Of a DNA stretch of 64,000 nt, positions 52,739 through 64,000 are shown piece by piece. The number at the start of each line of letters is the position of its first letter. Position 1 is the stretch's first letter. The notes beneath the pieces are model-generated. The model saw only the letters and a list, made by a program, of their open reading frames with translations. It was not told the DNA's origin and did no database searches. The stretch spans positions 133,349 to 197,348 of the forward strand of contig JAYQSQ010000018.1 in assembly GCA_038146985.1 (NCBI GenBank). Reading direction: 5' to 3'. The position numbers and the translations under genes were made by a program. The stretch is from Alphaproteobacteria bacterium. Lineage in GTDB: Bacteria; Pseudomonadota; Alphaproteobacteria; Thalassobaculales; Thalassobaculaceae.

Positions 52739-53692
52739 GTGATTATTCCGGGTGAGGACGAGATCGCCACCATTCTCGCCGGGTCGGCAAAATCGGCCGG
52801 GCCGGTGGAGGGAGTAAGCGACTGTCATGTTCAGGTCTTCGGGCCCTCGGACCGCTACCCGCCGGCGGCAGGTTTCTCTGTCAATCGGATGGAAGATCAT
52901 ACCGTCGAGGCGTATCGCGAGATTGCCGGTAACCTTGCCGCCGATCGCGCCGTCCTGGTGCAGCCCGAGCAGTACGGCGGCGATCACGCATGCCTCATCG
53001 ATTCGATGGAAGCGCTGGCGAAGGATGATGAAGGAACTGGTCGCGATAGGGTGAGAGGCGTCGCTTCGGTGCGCCCCACGGTCGAGGACCGCGAATTGGA
53101 GGATCTTCTCTCGCTGGGGATGGTTGCCACCCGCGCCGTCATGCGGCGGGGGGCGGCGCTGGACACCTGGAGCGCGGTCGACCGGCTTGCCTGGCGGGTG
53201 CACGATTTCGGCTGGGACGTGGAACTGGAGATGGACGGCTCGGACCTCCACGAGGTTGAGCAGGTTCTCCGGGAATGGCCGGGCCGGATCGTGCTTGACC
53301 ATATCGGCCTGTTCCTGCGTACCAAGACCTTGACCCAGCGCGGCTTCAAGGCGCTGACCCGGCTGATCGACCGAGACAAGGTCTGGGTGAAACTGTCGGC
53401 GCCCTATCGAAGTTCGCGACGTGGCCGCATCGACGACGAGGAGGTCGACCACATCGCCCGAGCGCTGGTCAACTGGGCGCCCGAGCGGATGGTCTGGGGC
53501 TCCGACTGGCCGCATGCCGGAGTCGAAGACGATTCGCCGGAGACACGCGTCTTGCTCGATAAACTCGCCGATTGGGTGCCCGAGGAGAGCCGTAGGCGGC
53601 GGATTCTGCGCGATAATCCAGACGAACTTTACCGTTTCCCGAGACGCCCGAAGAAAGTTGAGAAAGAGACCGCAGAACTCCCTTCTGAATAG
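52739..53692 (+). CDS. amidohydrolase-2 family protein (lactonase/decarboxylase-type TIM barrel)
   Basis: VLDHIGL...VWVKLSAPYR...MVWGSDWPH. GTG start. Confidence 0.8.
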   Translation: MIIPGEDEIATILAGSAKSAGPVEGVSDCHVQVFGPSDRYPPAAGFSVNRMEDHTVEAYREIAGNLAADRAVLVQPEQYGGDHACLIDSMEALAKDDEGTGRDRVRGVASVRPTVEDRELEDLLSLGMVATRAVMRRGAALDTWSAVDRLAWRVHDFGWDVELEMDGSDLHEVEQVLREWPGRIVLDHIGLFLRTKTLTQRGFKALTRLIDRDKVWVKLSAPYRSSRRGRIDDEEVDHIARALVNWAPERMVWGSDWPHAGVEDDSPETRVLLDKLADWVPEESRRRRILRDNPDELYRFPRRPKKVEKETAELPSE

Positions 53693-53715
53693 CGAGCGGT
53701 CTTTCTTTGCAGCCG

Positions 53716-55263
53716 TCAGGGACCAGGCTTGGTGCCGGCGATGCGCAGATCGCGCGGGGCGCCGAGCTTGAAGCGTGGCGGCTCGGAACGGACATTCTCC
53801 AGACCCGCCTGCCTTAAGAGGTGGCCTAGACTTTCGGCGGTGTATCCCCATTGATGCATCATCAGAGCGTCGCGGCCGCCTGGATCGCCGTAGAGCGCCC
53901 ACATGGTCCGCTGGGCGAGCTCTCCGTCGTGTTGCATGGCTGCTTCCGGTTGGGTCGTGATCGCTTCGCAGGCCGCCAGCAGGTTGGGGCATTCGATGAT
54001 CAGCGCGCCACCGGGTTTCAACACTCGCACCCATTCCGCGACCGCCGCGGGCGCGTCCCAGCGCGGCAGATGTTCGATCAGATGGACGCTCAGAACCTCG
54101 TCGACGGAATTGTCCTCGAAGGCCGAGAGATCTCGGACATCGAGCACCATGTCCGGCTTTGTGCCGCCGCGTTCCGGCATGGCGTCGATATTGATGTAGT
54201 ATGGGAGCAGCTTGTCACCGCACCCGAGATTGAGCCTGACCCCGGTCCGTCGCCGAGCCGCCTTGGGCTGTTGCGAGACCCGCTCAGCCGCCATGGCAAG
54301 CGCCTCGTCCCAGGTGTGGGCCACGGTTTCGGGATGCAGTCTTTCGCGAACCGCCCGCATGCCGCGCTCGGTCCTGGCGAGCGTATCCGGCCAGTTCCCG
54401 ATGATGCTTTCGACCGCGTCGCCGAGATTCTGTGCAACGGTGACGTACGGGGCGAGCCAGTCGAGACTTCCAAAGGGTTGGGTCGCGACCGGGCGGTTGT
54501 GGTGCAGCGCATGGGCCAGCCGGTTCGCGGATTTCGTGACGTGTTTCGCGTCATCCGACATCGGCGTCAGGGCGATGTGGCACTGCGACAAAGCACTGGC
54601 GAGCGCCGTTGGCGACCATTCCACCGCCTCCACGGAAAGATCCGGCACCGCTTTGCCGATCTCGGCGGCAAGAAGAGCCGCGTCGTCGCATACGACCGTC
54701 AGGTGTCGGGAAAGGCCGGTCGGAGAGGCCAGATCCGCGAGGCTGGCCATTAGCGGCTCCGCGTTCTGGCGCCGCCCGAACCAGAGCAGGCGTACCGTTC
54801 CGGCTAGACCACCGGGCGGCGCGTCGGAGCCATCTCCTTCGATGCAATCGGGGATTTCAGCCGCGACCGCGCCGCGTGCGCGGGCGAGGTCGCCGAGCGC
54901 AACGGTCGGTGTGGTGGCCAAAGTGGCGACCGACAGCAGCGCTTCATTCGCCGCGGCGTCTTCACCGACGAAGACATTGTCGCAGATATCGAAGAGGACC
55001 GGTTTGTCACGGGCCACCGCCTCCGCCAGATAGGCCTCGAGATTGTAGGTGGTCTTGAAGTTGATATAGGCGTCGGCTTCCCAAAAGCTCCCATCCCGGA
55101 CCATCGCCGGCACCTCGCGGTCGATCACCAGCCGCGGGCGGTGACCGAGCTTGGCGAGATGGGGAGCGATCTCCAGGCAGCGGAGCCGGACGCTGGCAAG
55201 GGGCGAGAACAGCTTCCCTTCAAGCTTGCCGAGAGCGTCCGGAACCAGAAGGAACAGCCGCAT
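53716..55263 (-). CDS. fusion protein: uncharacterised N-terminal domain (about 330 aa) plus C-terminal class I SAM-dependent methyltransferase
   Basis: The C-terminus VRLNLGCGDKLLPYYINID...VDEVLSVHLIEHL...LKPGGALIIECPN is a type-11 methyltransferase fold. I cannot place the N-terminal part in a family. Confidence 0.7.
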   Translation of the reverse strand: MRLFLLVPDALGKLEGKLFSPLASVRLRCLEIAPHLAKLGHRPRLVIDREVPAMVRDGSFWEADAYINFKTTYNLEAYLAEAVARDKPVLFDICDNVFVGEDAAANEALLSVATLATTPTVALGDLARARGAVAAEIPDCIEGDGSDAPPGGLAGTVRLLWFGRRQNAEPLMASLADLASPTGLSRHLTVVCDDAALLAAEIGKAVPDLSVEAVEWSPTALASALSQCHIALTPMSDDAKHVTKSANRLAHALHHNRPVATQPFGSLDWLAPYVTVAQNLGDAVESIIGNWPDTLARTERGMRAVRERLHPETVAHTWDEALAMAAERVSQQPKAARRRTGVRLNLGCGDKLLPYYINIDAMPERGGTKPDMVLDVRDLSAFEDNSVDEVLSVHLIEHLPRWDAPAAVAEWVRVLKPGGALIIECPNLLAACEAITTQPEAAMQHDGELAQRTMWALYGDPGGRDALMMHQWGYTAESLGHLLRQAGLENVRSEPPRFKLGAPRDLRIAGTKPGP

Positions 55264-55281
55264 CGTCTCAGCCGAACCCGC

Positions 55282-57003
<1,722 letters not shown>

Positions 57004-57102
57004 CGGGTGTTCCCTTCCTCGAACGATGCCCCATATCCTACAGTGAGCGCCGCGCGTGATGGTAGTCGTCGTGGCATATTGATTGAGTGATCATTCGGAA
57101 CA

Positions 57103-57618
57103 ATGAACGCACCGTCTCTGAATGAGGTCGTTCGATTGCGCAAAGGCGGTGCCATGCCTGCATCCAGAAACCTCCTCGTGACCCTGGTTCTGCCGGCGTT
57201 TCTGATTTTCGCCGTGCCATACTTCCTGGTCGGTGGCCGGTTGGATTTTCTCGGCTCGATGAGCGAATCCTGGGTGCGGATGCTCGGTCTGCCGCTTTTC
57301 ACCGTTGGGGTCGGCCTGGTCGTCGCCGGGGCCTATTCGGCCGCCACCTCGGCGGGCGTGTCCACAGGGGCCTCGGGATTGAATAAGTACATGCGCAATC
57401 CGATCCTCCTCGGCGTCCTGATCGCGGTCGCGGCGCAGTATCTGCTGTATGACTGGCCGCCTGTGATCGCCTATCTCGTCGTGCTTTTCGTGGTGGCGGA
57501 TTGTTTGATAAGGCTGGTGGTCGAGCCTCGTTTGGTTGAGCGTTTGGGGGCGGCCTATCAGAGCTATCTCGATACCGTTCCGCGATGGCTGCCGAAGCTG
57601 CCGGCGCGGGGTGTGTAG
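57103..57618 (+). CDS. membrane methyltransferase-like protein (ICMT/PEMT-like)
   Basis: Four to five hydrophobic helices with a C-terminal EPRLVERLGAAYQSYLDTVPRWLP, similar to isoprenylcysteine carboxyl methyltransferase-family tails. Weak call. Confidence 0.55.
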   Translation: MNAPSLNEVVRLRKGGAMPASRNLLVTLVLPAFLIFAVPYFLVGGRLDFLGSMSESWVRMLGLPLFTVGVGLVVAGAYSAATSAGVSTGASGLNKYMRNPILLGVLIAVAAQYLLYDWPPVIAYLVVLFVVADCLIRLVVEPRLVERLGAAYQSYLDTVPRWLPKLPARGV

Positions 57619-57650
57619 GACAAATCGGTTGCTTTCGCCCGACGGGGCGG

Positions 57651-58061
57651 TCAGATCTTGAAAACGGCCTCGACCTTCTGTCGCATCTGATCGAGCGAGA
57701 ACGGCTTGGCGATATACGCCGTGACGCCATGCTTGGCGGCGTCGAGGACGAATTCCTTGTTCGCGTTCGACGTGAGCATGATGAACGGGATGCGCGGATA
57801 GAGTTTACGCACGGTCCGTAGAAACTCGATCCCGGTCATGTTCGGCATGTTCCAGTCGGATATGATGAGCTGGAAATCGCCGTTGCACTCCGCGAGCTGT
57901 TTCATCGCGTCCAGTCCGTCCCGGGCAACCACGACTTGTGTGATACCCATCAGCCTGAGGGCGCCCCGCGCGAGCTTCGCCGCGAGCGGTTCGTCCTCCG
58001 CGATCAGGACCCTCAGCCCTTCGTAGGAGCGTTCCAGGCTGGCGTTGGGAGGCGTCGTCAT
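57651..58061 (-). CDS. single-domain CheY-like response regulator
   Basis: LRVLIAEDEP...LIISDWNMPNMTGIEFLR...MLTSN...AYIAKPFS. The DWNMPNM block is characteristic of chemotaxis CheY. Start set at MTTPPN (58061), 31 nt after the kinase stop. Confidence 0.85.
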   Translation of the reverse strand: MTTPPNASLERSYEGLRVLIAEDEPLAAKLARGALRLMGITQVVVARDGLDAMKQLAECNGDFQLIISDWNMPNMTGIEFLRTVRKLYPRIPFIMLTSNANKEFVLDAAKHGVTAYIAKPFSLDQMRQKVEAVFKI

Positions 58062-58092
58062 GCCGGTCGAATATCCATTCTCGAAATACGAC

Positions 58093-60414
<2,322 letters not shown>

Positions 60415-60423
60415 CCCGGCGGC

Positions 60424-60744
60424 TTACTTCGATACGGTGATCTGCAGGCGCATTCTGGGGTGGATCCGGCACCGCACCTTGGCGACCACGGCTTCCTCGA
60501 AAGTGACGTCCCGGGTCTCACCCGGCTCCTGCAGGCCGATATCGAACACCGCGCCCTCGGTTTCGGAATAGACGTTATGGCCGTAGATGTCGTTGTTCAC
60601 GAAGGTCACGATATCACCTACCCGGACCTCGAGAGCCGCGACGCCGAAAGAACGCCCGCGCTGTTCGACCACCAGAGTTGCCGCCCAGGCGGTGGCGGTG
60701 ACGGTACATGCCGCCAGTGCGGCAATGATTCCCACCTTTTTCAT
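60424..60744 (-). CDS. periplasmic amicyanin-like cupredoxin, copy 2
   Basis: Signal peptide MKKVGIIAALAACTVTATAWA. VGDIVTFVNNDIYGHNVYS and C-terminal CRIHPRM give His...Cys-x2-His-x2-Met type-1 Cu ligand spacing. Confidence 0.75.
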   Translation of the reverse strand: MKKVGIIAALAACTVTATAWAATLVVEQRGRSFGVAALEVRVGDIVTFVNNDIYGHNVYSETEGAVFDIGLQEPGETRDVTFEEAVVAKVRCRIHPRMRLQITVSK

Positions 60745-60837
60745 AATTTCTCCCGTATCTGGAGCCTGGGGGAAGGCGGTCGAAACAGTTTAGGCGCGAC
60801 AGCGGTTCCGGTCTATTGGCCGGTCCGCTCCCCGGCG

Positions 60838-61194
60838 TTACTTGACGGTCACCGTCACCTGCATTTTCGGGTGAATCCGGCACCGCAGATCGAAGGTGCC
60901 GGGAATATCGAACACCACGGTCTTGCGGTCGCCTTCTTCCTGCAGTCCGAGATCCAGCCAGCCGACCGGTTCGCGCGAATACACATTGTGGGCATAGGGG
61001 TCGCCATTGACGAAGACGAGGGAGTCGCCGGTGTTGATCGACAGCGACGACACACCAAAGGAACGGCGTTGCTGGACCAGTTCGTGAGTTGCCGGCCGCG
61101 TCGCCGCGTGTACCGCAAAGCGTACCGCGCCAAGAGCGGCAACCGCCAGCGCGGCGACGACGGCAATCCTGGATGGTCGCATCATTGTTTCCAT
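60838..61194 (-). CDS. periplasmic amicyanin-like cupredoxin, copy 1
   Basis: Signal-like N-terminus. TGDSLVFVNGDPYAHNVYS and CRIHPKM. Clearly paralogous to copy 2. Confidence 0.75.
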   Translation of the reverse strand: METMMRPSRIAVVAALAVAALGAVRFAVHAATRPATHELVQQRRSFGVSSLSINTGDSLVFVNGDPYAHNVYSREPVGWLDLGLQEEGDRKTVVFDIPGTFDLRCRIHPKMQVTVTVK

Positions 61195-61281
61195 TGTGGA
61201 GAAGAGATCCCGGTCAGCATGTAGGCCATCGCGGACGACAATCCAGCATCCGCGCCCTCTCCTTGCTTCGAGATTCCGTGA

Positions 61282-61629
61282 TCATGATGACGCGAGTGTA
61301 TCGAAAATCCGTCGGCATTGGATCTCGTGGAACAATCTGGCCTGCGGGCCATTGTCGGGACCGAAATACATCGCGAGGTCACGGCACAGTTGGAAAAAAC
61401 CCGGGCCCGGCAGGCCGTCGCCCGCTCTGGAGACGGCGAGCGCCGCCAATAGGGGCCGTCCCGCGGCGTGGTCGGCGCGCACCATTTCCTCCAGCGTGCT
61501 CGTTACCGTCTGGATACGGCGGAGCGGGGGAATTTCCGCGCGGTCGGCGATCTGGCGATAGGTGAGCGTGGCACCGTCCCTCGCCGCGTCGTTAAGGATC
61601 TCGGCAATCCGACGGGAGGTCTCGCTCAC
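61282..61629 (-). CDS. hypothetical cytoplasmic protein, possible winged-helix fold
   Basis: 115-aa ORF in a coding-like frame. LTYRQIADRAEIPP...GRPLLAALAVSRAGDGLPGPGFF only loosely recalls MGMT/Atl-type DNA-binding domains. No firm family. Confidence 0.5.
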   Translation of the reverse strand: MSETSRRIAEILNDAARDGATLTYRQIADRAEIPPLRRIQTVTSTLEEMVRADHAAGRPLLAALAVSRAGDGLPGPGFFQLCRDLAMYFGPDNGPQARLFHEIQCRRIFDTLASS

Positions 61630-61749
61630 CCCGCACTTCCTCCCTCGGTGACAGGGCAGTTCTGGTGCGCTACAGGACAGGGGCTGGCATCCGCCGCCGG
61701 CACCACGGCGCGAGACGGCGCGCCAAATCGGGGGAGCGGCGAGGGGATC

Positions 61750-62466
61750 ATGATTTTCCTAAGATCGACTCTGTTCAATATCGCTCTCATGTCGGTCACG
61801 CTGGTACTGGGGATCCTCGGGCTCCCGCTGGTGCTCGGGCCGCGCCGCTGGGTCTGCCGGCTGCGGGATTTCTGGATCCGGCTGGTTCTGTGGCTGCTCA
61901 AGGTGACGGTCGGCCTTTCGCACCGGGTCGAGGGGATCGAAAACATCCCCAAGGGGCCGTTCATGGTTGCCTCCAAACACCAGTCCGCATGGGAGACCCT
62001 GGCGCTTCACACCATTTTCGACGATCCGTCCATCGTCCTGAAGCACGAACTTTTGAAGCTTCCCGTTCTGGGTTTCTACATCTCCAAGGTGGGTATGGTG
62101 CCGATCGACCGTGGCGCCGGCGGCAGTGCGCTCAAACATATGATCGCCGAAGCGCGCAAAGCCTCGGGGAACGGACGCCCGGTCATGATCTTTCCGCAAG
62201 GCACCCGGGTCGCGCCAGGCGCGGAAGCGCCCTATCATTCCGGCGTTTTCGCGTTGTATCGGGCATTGAATTGTCCGGTGGTGCCGATCGCCCTCAATTC
62301 CGGAAGTTTCTGGTCGCGTCAGGCCTTCTTCAAGCGTCCCGGGTTGATCACCGTCAGGGTCCTGCCGGTGATGCCGCGCGGGATGGATCGCAAGGCCTTC
62401 ATGTCGGAACTCGAATCGACGATCGAGACCGCCACCCGCGAGATCGGCGCGGCGACCGGCGGCTGA
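61750..62466 (+). CDS. plsC: 1-acyl-sn-glycerol-3-phosphate acyltransferase
   Basis: N-terminal TM, VASKHQSAWETL (HX4D-variant block), MIFPQGTR. Start at ATG 61750 inside ORF 61468..62466. Confidence 0.85.
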   Translation: MIFLRSTLFNIALMSVTLVLGILGLPLVLGPRRWVCRLRDFWIRLVLWLLKVTVGLSHRVEGIENIPKGPFMVASKHQSAWETLALHTIFDDPSIVLKHELLKLPVLGFYISKVGMVPIDRGAGGSALKHMIAEARKASGNGRPVMIFPQGTRVAPGAEAPYHSGVFALYRALNCPVVPIALNSGSFWSRQAFFKRPGLITVRVLPVMPRGMDRKAFMSELESTIETATREIGAATGG

Positions 62467-62471
62467 CCGGC

Positions 62472-62978
62472 TCATTTGACACTAAGCTTGGAGATCTGGA
62501 TGTTCTTCAGCAACTCGTCGTTGTCGATGATCTTGCGCAACCGTTTCCAGATCTCGTTGCGGACCGTCTGGATGCCGGTAAAGCCATTCAGATCCTCGGG
62601 CCTTAGGCTGCTGAGGTAGATGTTAACGGCATCGCGAATCCGAGGTTCCTTGGGCTCGATGATGGTCTGCGCGTTCTCGTTCGAAAGTTCCAGCGACAGG
62701 ATCAGCAGCAGGAATACCGGCTTGCGCCCTTCGGCGCGCAGATCCACCACGAATTCGTCCATGGTGAAATAAATGCTTTGCTCGCCGGACTTGGCGAAGG
62801 GGTCGGGCGGCAGATCCTCTTTCGGCTTTTCGGGCTCCGCCGCCGCCATGCCCGGTGGCTCTCCGCCGAGAATCAGTTCGGGGCCGATTCCCGGGATCAG
62901 GCGCAGGACGAGCACACCGACACCCGCGCCGATCAGCAGAAGGAGTGGCAAGATGAAGATGATCAGGACTTTCTTCAT
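62472..62978 (-). CDS. fliL: flagellar basal-body-associated protein FliL
   Basis: MKKVLIIFILPLLLLIGAGVG TM anchor. FVVDLRAEGRKPVFLLLILSLEL...PRIRDAVNIYLSSLRPEDL is FliL-family. Confidence 0.8.
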   Translation of the reverse strand: MKKVLIIFILPLLLLIGAGVGVLVLRLIPGIGPELILGGEPPGMAAAEPEKPKEDLPPDPFAKSGEQSIYFTMDEFVVDLRAEGRKPVFLLLILSLELSNENAQTIIEPKEPRIRDAVNIYLSSLRPEDLNGFTGIQTVRNEIWKRLRKIIDNDELLKNIQISKLSVK

Positions 62979-63184
62979 GGCTCCCTTTCGGCCGTGGTCC
63001 ACGGCGCCGATGCCGCCGCGTCTTTCCGACGGAGTTTAGCACAGTCGATCAACGAAGGGCGTTGCAAAGGTAACGTCCGCCATGCTGGCTACAGGTCGCA
63101 CCGTCGCGTCCATCCGGCGCCACAGGCATGCTATGGGAGCGCCAAGAAAAAATGCTACAGTGCGGCACATTGCCGTAAACGCTC

Positions 63185-63472
63185 ATGAAGGAACCCGGCA
63201 AAAGCATGGCGAGCGAGGATCTAACAGCACGCAAGTGGCTCGACTATTTCATGAGCCAGCCGGGGTCCGAGAGCAAGGATGCCTCGGTCGAAATTCCCGA
63301 GGCCCAGTCCTTCGTGGTGGAGGTTCGCGGCGAAGACATACTGTTGCGCGTCCGTTTCGCCGATGGCCGGGAACGGGCGTTCAAGATGGTTCCCGACGTC
63401 GCCCTGTTTCTGAGGGAGTATCTGACCATCGCGCTGAAAAGCACCGAGGCGTACGGCCAGTCCGAGCCATGA
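63185..63472 (+). CDS. hypothetical small protein
   Basis: 95-aa ORF with no recognisable motif. Supported only by length and codon-like composition. Confidence 0.4.
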   Translation: MKEPGKSMASEDLTARKWLDYFMSQPGSESKDASVEIPEAQSFVVEVRGEDILLRVRFADGRERAFKMVPDVALFLREYLTIALKSTEAYGQSEP

Positions 63473-63475
63473 AAT

Positions 63476-63703
63476 CTACCCCTCCGCGTGTTCGCGGACC
63501 AGTTCCTCGACCCGATCCGCGATCTTTCGACGAACATCCCCGGGCAGGGAATCGAAAGACGACTGCGCCAGGATCATGTCCATCATCTCGTCCGATTTCA
63601 TCGCGCGGATGAAGTCCCGGTAGACCTCGGTGTCGCGCCCGACAATCTCGGCCATGGTATTGGCCAGGAGTTGCACCGCGTCACCGTGGCTGATCTTGAC
63701 CAT
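63476..63703 (-). CDS. hypothetical small acidic protein
   Basis: MVKISHGDAVQLLANTMAEIV... about 75 aa from the internal Met of ORF 63476..63784. No recognisable motif. Confidence 0.4.
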   Translation of the reverse strand: MVKISHGDAVQLLANTMAEIVGRDTEVYRDFIRAMKSDEMMDMILAQSSFDSLPGDVRRKIADRVEELVREHAEG

Positions 63704-63707
63704 CGCG

Positions 63708-64000
63708 TCATCTTCCGGCGGCGTAGCCCTGCATGCCGCGCGGGTTGGCCGCCGCCTTGAGCAAGCGGCCGTCGCGAGCGGCACCGGTCAGGCGCCCTTC
63801 GGACCAGTCCTCGCCGACCTCGACCACGTGACCGCGCCGCCGCAGCTCCGCGACCGTGGCCTCCGGGAAGCGCCCTTCCAAGACCACCTTGCGCGGCGTG
63901 CGGCCGCGCGGCCAGAACGAACTCGGGAAATGTTCGGTATGAAACGCCGGGCAGTCGATCGCCTCCTGGAGATTCATGCCGTACTCGGCGTGATGCAGGA
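63708..64000 (-). CDS. gamma-glutamyltransferase family protein, C-terminal end only (5' part beyond window)
   Basis: NLQEAIDCPAFHTEHFPSSFWP...LTGAARDGRLLKAAANPRGMQGYAAGR resembles the small-subunit C-terminus of the GGT family. The ORF runs off the window edge. Confidence 0.75.
   Translation of the reverse strand, partial: LHHAEYGMNLQEAIDCPAFHTEHFPSSFWPRGRTPRKVVLEGRFPEATVAELRRRGHVVEVGEDWSEGRLTGAARDGRLLKAAANPRGMQGYAAGR

Overview
GC-rich chromosomal segment with alphaproteobacterium-like gene content and order (MucR/Ros regulator, olsB-olsA, miaB-phoH-ybeY-corC-lnt, rimP-nusA-ylxR-infB-rbfA-truB-rpsO-pnp). About the first 35 kb is housekeeping: fabA-fabB-fabI, the nusA/infB superoperon, trmB, metK, lnt block, ornithine-lipid genes, mucR, rimI-tsaB, cell-envelope enzymes, trpS, murJ, glnD. 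From about 35.4 kb the content becomes accessory. First comes a metal locus: GDCCVxC Cys-rich protein, MerF-like transporter, MFS, and a Cu(I) P1B-ATPase with a CueR-type promoter followed by two tandem Lin0512-family genes. Next is a block of catabolic enzymes (GGT, CoA-transferase, LLM oxidoreductase, aldolase, GST, PLP dehydratase, SDR, UxaA dehydratase, NUDIX). Then a lone flagellin gene flanked by a NodU-type carbamoyltransferase and a fused methyltransferase. Last is an operon of two amicyanin-like cupredoxins, a hybrid histidine kinase with Hpt, and a CheY-like receiver, followed by plsC, an orphan fliL and small orphan ORFs. I found no tRNA, rRNA, CRISPR array, transposase or integrase. 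Oddities: pnp and the adjacent GDPD gene are broken by many single-base frameshifts that look like homopolymer contractions; a promoter-plus-terminator leader sits in front of rimP; and a strongly AT-rich trough lies upstream of mucR. The many long ORFs antisense to real genes are GC-driven shadow ORFs. All calls rest on reading translations and motifs by eye; no database search was run.
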